Shown here piece by piece: positions 54,074 to 64,000 of a stretch of DNA of 64,000 nt (positions within the stretch are counted from its first letter, which is position 1; each line of letters opens with the position of its first letter). Position numbers and translations under genes: made by a program. The notes under the pieces were generated by a model, which made no database searches, was not told where the DNA came from, and saw only the letters and a list, made by a program, of their open reading frames with translations. The stretch covers positions 632,369-696,368 of the forward strand of contig MU008178.1 in the NCBI GenBank assembly GCA_010909165.1. The letters are read 5' to 3'. Source of the DNA: Anthoceros angustus (Eukaryota; Plantae; Anthocerotophyta).

Positions 54074-54965
54074 CCGGAGGTTGCCAAGACCGCCTGATGA
54101 CATGGGCCCACGACAGCTCATACTGGAGCCCCCGCCATGGGACATGTAGCTCACCGGGACAATGGGACTGTCCCAGCCATGGGACATGGCGGCCCCAGCC
54201 TGGACCGAGATCGCAGCCATGGGACATGGTCCCACATGGGATCGCCGGATCGCCATGGGACATGGCGCCCCACACAGCCAGATTGCCATGGGACATTGCA
54301 GTCCACCCGGATTGCCGGACCGCTGACCGTCAACCACCAGCCCAACGTCAAGACACAAGAACTAAGGTACGCATGCAAAGAATGTGAACTCGATGTATGC
54401 TTGCTTTTATATACTACGTTTGGTTAGGCATTTTCATTAACCAAGGACATGAAAACATATCCTTTATTTTGATTGGCCCATAGTCCAAGGATTCATTTCC
54501 TTTAAATACTAGTTATAGGAAATAGATCCGTTATGAACGGATAACTAGGTAGGCTAGAAAAAGCCACTTAGTTTAGGTGTGAAACCAAACTGGACCCAAA
54601 CCCAAACAAGGCACCGATCAACGTGGGAGGAGCAGCACCAAGCGTGAGGGTTGCTTTCGCATCATGGCGCAAACATCAGCTGGGAATCGAGTTGGGCGGA
54701 GCGTGGAGATGATGGCGGCGGGAATGAGGACCGTGGGGCAAGGAACAGGGTAGTCTTGAAATCGTGCTCGAGCGCGCGGTTAGGGAGGAAAGCACTTTGT
54801 GAACCCTTGCAACTGGAAATCCAAGATCGATTAGATCTGTGTTTTGCTCAGCTGCCTACAAGGCGCCAAGGCTCGATTACAGGCTCCCACGAAACTGGGC
54901 TGGCCAAGAAATCTTCAAGAAATCTCGTGATTCCTGCCATTGCGCAGCGGATCCCTTTTGGATCA
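54074..54965 (+). repeat. 3' LTR
   Basis: Matches the 5' LTR; ends ...GATCA followed by the TSD CCGGT. Confidence 0.85.
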
Positions 54966-55625
54966 CCGGTCCAAACTTCTCAATGGTTGGGGGTGTCTGG
55001 AAGACATTGTCCTCATCTGCATTGGGCGTCCCCGCATCTTGGCCGGAAATAGTAGTGAACAATCCCGACTGCCTCCACTCCAAGCACCGACACCAACTTT
55101 CCTCCTTCCAGACGGGCTTCTATCTATGGCAGTAGAGGTTCGTGTTCCCGAAGTCGGGGAACATAGCTGGGCATACTGAGGGCTGAGTGAGTTCTTCTCC
55201 ACCCTGGACCTGCAACACGCACATCCTGGGATCAGAGCCACTAACACAAACCTATGCCAATGAGTATGACGGGGGCGAAGACGACAGCTCCGACGACTCA
55301 GCTATCGGCCAAAGAATACATACTTTGTGGCAGGGAGAGTGGCAAGGACTTTGCATTTGCCTGGCGAGACGGAGGGGCCAGCCGCGCTTGCCTTTCACTC
55401 TGTTTACGGGGATCAGGTACTCTTTGGAACTGTGAAACATCTTGATTTTGCCCGAAATCTTCGTCCGCTTGACCGCACATCTACATTGTCAATGACATAG
55501 CAATCGTTGGTATCGGTCAAGGAATGAAAGGGCACATAACACGGAAACCCACATCGCCGGCGTCGGAGGTGAACTGGAGCATTGTGTTGGACTCGTAGCT
55601 CAAGGTTACGACTACTACGCGACAA
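54966..55625 (-). pseudogene. 5' part of the Sola-like transposase ORF
   Basis: ...DEDNVFQTPPTIEKFGP joins in frame with 41392 after removal of the LTR element; the upstream limit is approximate. Confidence 0.6.
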
Positions 55626-55899
55626 GTGTGATAAAAGGTGGTGGTGTGTGGTACATGACTTGACCGCAGAGGAGGCGAAGCCGTGGAGGACAAATCACTT
55701 GATTGCCAAATCCTAAATAGATTTCAAGTAATGGAGGGGCCCGTGCTATTATGCTACTATGCTGCCACCGCATATGCACCTACCATAGAGTTAAAATGAA
55801 CGGCCGGTAGCCATCAATAGCGGCTGGAAAAAGGGTATCCGAACGTTATGAAAACGCTTACTTACCCAATTGCATATTGGGCTTGCCCGCATGCGCGTA

Positions 55900-58800
55900 T
55901 AAACAAACACGTAGTGGTCACACTACCTTGCAAAATGATGTGCAATCGACAATGCGAAGGACATCGCGAACGCTGTGTGGAACCGTATGTTGGGTATGGG
56001 TTAAAAGAACAAAACGCATGCACATATATTCCTCCTTGTTCCTCCATACATAGGATAAGGACAATAACTCGGACCTCAGGCGTTACGGATCGCGAAATTA
56101 GGGTTTCCCGCCATTCCTTATAAACCCGAACAATTGAGTCCTTCTTCCGAGCCGCAGCAGGGCGAACCGAGCTCTTCCAACGCGGAGCGTCTGCGATTCA
56201 AGCGAGGCCACGTGGTTTTCCCAACAATTTGCCGTCGGCGACCCTCGCCACCGACTCTCCATCCTTGAGGACGACAGTGAGAAATTCCTTGTCCGAAATA
56301 GAATTGGTGCTTGCCTAATCCGGATTGAGCGTGTTTGATGCCTATCTTTGGTGCTACAGACGATGGCGAGCGACGCCAGAAGAAGGACCTCCCTGCGGGC
56401 CTAACCACGGAGACTTGTTGGAGAAGCGGAGGCGTAAGAAATCTAAAAGCAAGAAGGAGGCGAAATCGAGAACCACAGATCCTCCGCGACACGATCTGGC
56501 CGGACATGCTTTCCAACCTTGAGCAAGGTGGAGGTGGAACGGAAGGGGCAAAGTCCGGTCACTCAATTCAAGGCAAGCACCACAAAGACAGGTTGGTGGT
56601 GGAGAGAAGTCCGGCTTGTCCAAAGGATTGAGGGTGGGAAATCCAGATCAATTCCCTCCATACTCGTATGAGGAGACTGCACATGGAGGCACATGAACCA
56701 GCTTGAGGACACTATGCTTCGAAGCAGGAATGGTTGTTGACACAAGAGGAGCCGGATGAAGAAACTGCTATGGACGCCGAAGCTTTGGGTTTTGGGTTCA
56801 ACGGTGCAGCAAACCAGAGAGCAAGGCGGATGGGTCCTGGGCAACTTTGGATGGAGGCGAGACCCGTAATCGGATTCTTTGCACTTCAAGGCCTTAAGTG
56901 GACGCATTGCCGCATCGTCGATGATTACACATGTATCTGAAAGTGGCATGTTTGCACAGGAAGAAATGTGAGCCAAAGGAGTTGTCCAGACTTTTCGAGC
57001 GTTGAGCTGAGAATGTGAGTACACTTCTTAATTCCAGAGCATTCGCCACCGTTGATTGCATTGATGCAGGCTAACGGTGTGCTTGCTGTGATGGACGAGT
57101 GAGAGAACATTTCTGTGCTTGTGTGAGGTGATTACGAGCTCCATTATCCGTCATCGACGAGAGATGTCACCGAGGAGGACAAGACAGGGACTTCAAACTT
57201 CGACGGAAGTAGAAGACAATGAGGCGAGTTCGGACCTTGATGAGGAGGATGGGCCTATTCCGAGTTCTGGGTCATTCGGATGCGGAGGCATTTGAAGAGG
57301 ATGATGGGGAGGCCGAGGGTGATGGAGGGAGGTTTGCGCAGGCTACGATTTTCCAAGGTCGTCGCCATCCAAGCACCATGGGAGGAGTCCCTGCTACATG
57401 GAAGAGGGGAGCGCCGACGCCGGCGCCCTCGACTATGGTGAGGAGGAGGGGGCGCCGGCATGCGCCTCCATACTCGTATGAGGAGGAGGGGGCGCCGCAT
57501 GCCGCCCTCTGAGGAGGCGGAAGAGGGGGCGCCGGCATGCGCCCTCGACTATGGTGAGGAGGGGGCGCCCCTCCCGAGGGTGGATGCGCGCATGCCGCCC
57601 TCTGCATGTAGAGAGGAGGAGGCGCCGGCATGCCGGCGCCCTCGACTATGGTGAGGAGGAGGGCGCCGGCATGCCGGCGCCCTCGACTATGGTGAGGAGG
57701 GAGGCGCCGGCATGCCGCGCCCAGAACCTGTGGCTTGCTGGAGGAAGGCGTGGGGCCATGAGAAGCGGAAAAGCATGCATGATGAGGAAGGTGGTGGGCA
57801 CAGCAGTCCGGAGTGCGGAACGCTCGGTAGGAACAGGAAAAAGTTCAAGCGTCCCAAGGGAAACAAACACGTAGTTGGTCACACTACCTTGCAAAATGAT
57901 GTGCAATCGACAATGCGAAGGACGCCAGCGAACGCGGGTGTGGGTATGTTGGGTATGGGTTAAAAGAACATCGCACAAGACCACATATTCGTCCTTGTTC
58001 CTCCATACATAGGATAAGGACAATAACTCGGACCTCGTTGCGCGTTTATTCTGGACGGCGCGAAATTAGGGTTTCTGCCACTCCTTATAAACCCGAACGG
58101 TGGAGTCCTTCTTCTCACAGTCCGCAAAGGGCGTAACGAGCTCTTCCAACGCGGAGTCTGCGATTCAAGCGAGGCCACGTGGTTTTCCCAACAATTTGCC
58201 GTCGGCGACCCTCGCCCACCACTCTCCATCCTTTCGGAGGGGCCTTAGTGAGAAATTCCTTGTCCGAAATAGAATTGGTGCTTGCCTAATCCGGATTGAG
58301 CGTGTTTGATGCCTATCTTTGGTGCTACAGACGATGGCGGCGGTGATAAGAAGGACCTCCCGATGCGGCCTAACCACAGACTTGTTGGAGAAGCGCGGAG
58401 AAGAAATCTAAAAGCAAGAAGGAGGCGAAATCGAGAACCACATCCTCCGCGGATACCGATCTGCCTCTGGACATGCTTTCCAACCGCTTGAGCAAGGTGG
58501 AGGTGGAGCAGGAAGAGACAAAGTCCGGGTCACTCAATTCAAGGCAAGCACCACAAAGACAGTTGGTGGTGGAGAAGTCCGGCTTGTCCAAAGGATTGAG
58601 GGTGGGAAATCCAGATCAATTCCCTCCCATACTCGTATGAGGAGCTGCATGCGGAGGCACATGAACCAGCTTGAGGACACTATGCTTCGGGAATGGTTGT
58701 TGACACAAGCAGAGGAGGATGAAAGCATGCTATGGACGCCGATCTCAAGCTTTGGGTTTTGGGTTCAACGGTGCAGCAAACCAGAGAGCAAGGCGGGATG

Positions 58801-59810
58801 GGTCCTGGGCAACTTTGGATGGAGGCGAGACCCGAATCTGGATTCTTTGCACTTCAAGGCCTTATGAAGTGGACGCATTGCCGCATCGTCGATGATTACA
58901 CTTTATGTCATTGGCATGTTTGCAGAAGAAATGTGAGCCAAAGGAGTTGTCCAGCACTTTTCGAGCGTTGAGCTGAGAATGTGAGTACACTTCTTAATTC
59001 CAGCATTCGCCACCGTTGATTGCATTGATGCGACTAACGGTGTGCTTGCTGTGATGGGCAGTGAGAGAACATTTCTGTGCTTGTGTGAGGTGATTACGAG
59101 CTCCATTATCCGTCATCGACGAGATGTCACCGAGGAGGACAAGGCAGGACTTCAAACTTTGCGGAAGTAGAAGACAATGAGGCAGAGTTCGGACCTTCTG
59201 ATGAGGAGGATGGGCCTATTCCAGAGTTGCTGGGTCATTCAGATGCGGAGGCATTTGAAGAGGATGATGGGGAGGCTGGGGGTGATGGAGGGAGGTTTGC
59301 TGCAGCTACGGATTCCTCCCAAGGTCGTCGCCATCCAAGCACCATGGGAGGAGTCCCTGTGCTACATGGAAGAGGGGGAGGCGCTGTCGGGGGACGCCGG
59401 CATGCCGGCGCCCTCGACTATGGTGAGGAGGAAGAGGGGCGCGGCATGCCCGCTCGGATGCGGAGGCATGCAGCGCTCTGAGCGGAAGAGGGGGCGCCGG
59501 CATGCGCCCTCGACTATGGTGAGGAGGGAGGCGCCGGCATGCCGCGCCTCCCGAGGGTGGATGAAGGCGCCGGCATGCGCCCTCGAGGAGGAGGGAGGCG
59601 CCGGCATGCGCCCTCGACTATGGTGAGGAGGAGGGCGATGCTGGAGGTGGAGGTAGGCATGCGGCTGCAGCTCAGCTTGCGGTTGGAGGAAGGCGTCGGG
59701 GGCCATGAGAAGCGGAAAAGCATGCATGATGAGGAAGGTGGTGGGCACAGCAGTCCGGAGGAAGCGTTCGGTAGGAGCAGCGGAAAAAGTTCAAGCGTCC
59801 CAAGAACGAC
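55900..59810. repeat. ~1.95-kb tandem duplication with internal ~36-bp GC-rich repeats
   Basis: 55900-57855 matches 57860-59810; the unit GGCGCCGGCATGCCGGCGCCCTCGACTATGGTGAGGAGGAGG is repeated at 57410-57720 and 59390-59640. Confidence 0.9.
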
Positions 59811-59859
59811 ACAATGAGATTCCAACATTGCATGTCTCAACAGATGGAGAAAGACTGGA

Positions 59860-62238
59860 AGCGTCTATGATGCATGAGGATTATTTGCGTAAAGTCGTGA
59901 GTCTCATGCGAAGAAGGTGGTGCCGTAAATGACTGAAGTCGGAGAATTTGAGGCGCCGCTTTCTAACTCGGATGCTCGTTCCAAGTGGATGAGGCTTGGG
60001 CGAACTACGGCTCGCGTCATCTCAAGGGTCGTATTGAAGAAGGTGTGCTGCCTTTGCTTTGTATGATTGACCCATCTGACTGCAGGGATATCAAAACATT
60101 AGACTGGAAAAAGTTCCGGGCAAAGAAGTATATTATGGGGGTACTGAGGCAATCATACTTACGCCGCCATGAAGCCTTGCGATATATCACTGTGGAAGGC
60201 AAGGTTCCAATGGATGGAGGCCCATGTCTATTGCGGGCTAACTCTACAGAGATGCGAGCAACCCGACCACAACACAATGTCGGACAAGAGGAAAAAGATG
60301 AACTTTATCGAGCGACATACCTGTGGATGAACTTGATTGCAAAGCGGGATGGTGTGACAATGAGCATGAACTGGAAGTTCAATTTATACAAGGTGCTTGG
60401 GCTGATAGAGGATGACGAAGGTCGGGAAGATGAGCAATACAAGCAAAACAAAGTGGACAACCGGACACATATACTATGCATAGCAAAACTGGAGGGAAAG
60501 GTGTGGGAAAACGTGGACAGTATCTTCACCAAGTGGGAGGCGATGGAACTTCCTGAGCAGGCCAAACATGTTGCAGCAGGTACTAGCAAGAAGAGCAAGG
60601 GCAAACGCAAAGTTGGAGAAGAGGTGAAGACTGGAAAGCGTTTTGTTAAGCCCAAAGAGATGCAAGGAAACCATGGCGCTTCAAGGAATTCCACCGGAGA
60701 GACGGGTCGAAAATGCTGATTAGTGTGAGAAAAGGTTTTGACAGTTTACTAGACCGAATGGTATGTCCAAGGAGGTGATATCTGGAAGAAACTTCATGTC
60801 ATCCAAGTGGCGATGGCGAAACACTTAGGATGTGACTCCTTCGAGATGGTTAGGGAATACCCAATGCACTCTTCGGATGATGTTATTGCACGGTTTCAAA
60901 CAGCGTCGATGGAAAGGTACGTCATTTGTTTTAAGACTCATTGGAGACGGCCGCATGCCGCCTCCCACCATTTCGTTATTAACAATGGGAAGGCCGCAGG
61001 CACCGCCCACCCTACCTATTGTCACTTCACCGGTTTTCGATCGACCGACGGTGGGGTGCCAAGTGAAAGATGTGCGGATTTGAAAAACTACGAGGACTTC
61101 CGTGCTTTCATCCGGAAGTGCACACATGGAAGGGTCCGGAGAACGAACAAAGGACCCTAGCGGACATGGACATGGAAGAAGGCTGCAATGCTCATTGCTC
61201 CAACCACGAGTGTATCGTGAAATACCAAGTGGTAGCGAGAGATGTGTTGGACATCCGAGGGTTTTACTAAGAGGAATTACACTTTATTGGTTATGGATGT
61301 GCCTGTGGGATTCAACAAGGAAAGCATGATGTAAAGATGGACCAAACACGATGGGCATGATTTCACTCTTTCCATGACATGACGAGTTGTGAGGAAATCC
61401 GCATGATAGTTATGCATGGGGTGGAGGAGCCGCACAGCGTGAGGGAGGCTATGCGATGGGTGCACCGTGGAGGAATGGTCTCCTTCATGGGACAAAACTA
61501 ACATGCATAATGATCAAGGTGGATATGATACCGCCGAGTACATCACGGTAGGGTGGGGTAACTACAGAAGAAGAACAAGGTTTCAATGTTACCTAACACC
61601 GCCCCTTGGCTCGCTCAATAATGGTCGTGATCATTGGGCACAACACTGTCCAAGAAGCTTCTTTATATGTCATTGGACAAGCTCGTGGTATGTGCTTATC
61701 GAGGCCATTAGGGTTGATGCGAAGATGATCAACAACTTCTCCAAAGAAGGAGATTGGATATTAGATGCGTGAAGCGGACGACGACCCTAGTAATGCTATG
61801 TGGCCGCAATTGCATCGCCGTGGACTTGGACAAACGATGCGGAATTCATTCCCCAAAGGATACATGGATATGAGGTACTTCACGCCGAGGAGGAATTGAA
61901 TCATGAGCCACACCGACGAGGACCCGCTCAATTGGCAAAGGAATTAAGCTTGTCCGAGAAGGGTCACCGCAAGCGTCGTACTTTGGGGTTCAACAGATGA
62001 AAGAGAAAACGGGCAAATCGTTGATGACGGGCGAGAACTCGAGCGCAGTGTGCCATCCAGACTACAACACCCAAAGCGTCCTCCTCGTCTCTTGGATGTG
62101 GAGAATGCCATGCTGGAGAACGACAACTTCGAGGACCCCGACAACGCCCTCCTCAGAAACGTTGATGTTGTGTTCGATAGCGTATCTGGGCAATGCCCAC
62201 CCGAGACTCAAGCTGCTGGCGAAGATTTTGGTAGTTAG
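59860..62238 (+). pseudogene. ParB-like domain plus beta-class amino (N4C/N6A) DNA methyltransferase-like gene, frameshifted
   Basis: GNHTYAAM at 60148-60171 (ParB/Srx-like); LLVMDVPVGF at ~61284-61313 (DPPY-position motif); INNFSKEGDWILDA.SG..TTLV..CGRNCIAVDLD at 61728-61834 (AdoMet-binding motif I region). Motif IV preceding motif I gives beta-class order. Confidence 0.7.
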
Positions 62239-62509
62239 GTTATTGGAAATTTACGTTCTGTTGCGTGTCCAGCTTAGAAACCTTTTACAGGGCGCCGGCA
62301 TGCCGGCGCCCGCAAACATTCCCTTTAATCTTTTATTGCTTTTTAGTGCTATGTATTGCTTTTCAAGTAGGTGTGAAATCACGACAAGCCCCGTCTCAAT
62401 ATCACCGCTAAGACGATTGGGGCCTTCGCATACTACGACCATAACCGTGCACTTGATGTGAAAAGTAGGATGCCGTAGGGAAGGGAGGAATGAACCATCA
62501 CCAAGAAAA

Positions 62510-63990
62510 TTAAAACGCCAAAATCGTGGAATTCAAAGGCTCACCATGTTTTCCAGCAGGTTGGTTTTTTTTGCGACGGCTTTGTATCTGTACCGCTTCA
62601 AATATTATCGCACATGCACCACCATCTATGAGTGCAATCGCGTTCCTTCCACAATTTGTGAGTGCGACGTGCCCTTTTGCATCTTCCAGCTCACCATATT
62701 TTGCAGATCCCTCTTTCATGGGTCGTTCAACTGTCAAAAACTTGGCGGGCATTTTCCGATTCACCAAATTTTGCATACATGTCCACGGTGGTGCCCACCA
62801 CTACATTCTCCAGAGGCCGAGCCTTTGCTGTACCCATAAGGGCATTCCATGTCACCATATCACGACAAAGCAAGCAAGACTACAAGAAAGGTTAGGGAAT
62901 CACCACTAGTTGTCCATCATAGTGAAGACTAAACCAGAGGTTCTTTGAAATCAAGACGGTCATCCCCACTTGCCAATTAAGACGATCCATGTAACGAGGG
63001 GTCGTTCAATATCCATCATAGCATATGATGGGTAACCGAGAGAAAGAACAGTGATTCTTGAATCAAGAAAGCGATTATCCCCACTCGCCAAGACCACATC
63101 CATGGTGCTCCCATTCCTCCTCCATAAGATGATCCGGTGGCGTAGGGGCGCGTCGTTCTCTGACTCTCCAGAGTGTCCAAAATTTGTCGACTTATTCTCC
63201 AAAACACGGAAGGAGGATTCGCAAACTCCTCTCGAGGTACTTAGCGCCAATTTGAGTAGGCGGGACAACTTCCCTACATCGGCGGGAACCCCAAGCCGAG
63301 ATGGCGCCACTTGTTCGCATGGCGGACGGGAGACTTGTATCACAACCATCTTGTGAAGCAAGCGGTGGCTATGTCCTCACCTTGTTTACTATGTGTCCTC
63401 AACAATGGTCCGAAGGCTGCGGTGGTTTTCCGAGGACAAAGGCCCGAGTACACCGGCCGTGCACAAGAAGCCGTGAAAGGTGGAACCCGGCCTACGGCTC
63501 CCGCTTGGAGTGCGGCTCTTGGAACAAAGGCGGTGTCCGCAGAGAAATCATCAACGTCTTTGTCTTCTTTACTCTTTCCAGGGACTCGCCGAGGCAAACG
63601 GCCAAGATCGGATACCACACTCAAAGAAAAGAGATTGATTTGTGGCCCAATTCTAGTGCGGTCATCACCGCTACCAAGAAGCCGGAAGAGGTCGATCATC
63701 GAAATTGGCGCGGCAACTACGTCATCGCAACAATCGGTCATGCGTTGGTATGTCGTAAACCCTTAAACCACGAACCCGTTGCCTCCCAACGGAACCCCAA
63801 CGGAAGTCCAACGGTGGAGGATGTGCAATTTGAAGAAGGACGCGTGCGGTGGCAAGAGCCTACTAACTATCTCGGATGTCGGTACCCATGTCGCATTAAT
63901 ATGCATCGAGTTCAAGTCCGGTTGCCTTGGATGCATTCGATGAAAGTGATCGGTAGCGAGGAGGATTCGCGGTAGTCGTGGTGACGGGCG
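62510..63990 (-). pseudogene. Possible second, more degenerate amino-MTase-like gene, convergent with the first
   Basis: DAP(Y)ATG near 63150 after a 1-bp correction; C-terminal RKMPAKFL...KEG...GHVALTNCGRNAIALID echoes CGRNCIAVD of the plus-strand gene. Confidence 0.4.
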
Positions 63991-64000
63991 GGCGATCGGT

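Larger units (their letters stand above)
41393..54965 (+). mobile_element. Ty3/gypsy LTR retrotransposon, 13.6 kb: gag-PR-DNMT-RT-RH-INT-PHD
   Basis: Direct repeats at both ends; 5-bp TSD CCGGT (41388-41392 and 54966-54970); excision rejoins the Sola-like ORF in frame (TIEKFG-P-GGLRHFPSK); RT-RH-INT order is gypsy-type. Confidence 0.92.

Noticed and set aside
41393-54965. DIRS/tyrosine-recombinase element (DIRS elements often carry methyltransferases)
   Set aside because: It has a DDE rve integrase, a protease, direct LTRs and a 5-bp TSD; no tyrosine recombinase was seen

Overview
Repeat-dominated eukaryotic DNA, almost certainly from a land plant. The PLS-class PPR fragments and a COP1 fragment suggest a seed-free lineage such as a fern, lycophyte or bryophyte (inference). 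I found no intact host gene. Nearly every coding relic carries many 1-2 bp indels, so frameshifts may partly be uncorrected long-read errors. The window is a nest of transposons whose ends can be resolved by TSDs and by in-frame rejoining of interrupted ORFs. (1) A SET-domain ORF is split by a CCCTA-ended CACTA-type element (6419-12551, TSD AGA). (2) A truncated Ty1/copia (~14370-17223) is cut by another CACTA end followed by PPR fragments. (3) A complete 12.9-kb CACTA (25319-38246, 30-bp TIRs, TSD ATT) holds a TNP2 transposase, PPR fragments and a LINE-like relic. (4) A Sola-like DDE transposase is interrupted by a 13.6-kb Ty3/gypsy element (41393-54965, TSD CCGGT), whose 5' LTR holds a hAT-like insertion. 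The main finding is that this Ty3/gypsy polyprotein carries a DNMT3-like C5-cytosine methyltransferase between protease and RT, plus a PHD finger after integrase. Next to the Sola-like transposase lies a ParB-like plus N4C/N6A amino-methyltransferase-like gene and a possible convergent paralog. Three classes of chromatin or DNA-modifying enzyme therefore sit in mobile or repeat context within 64 kb.
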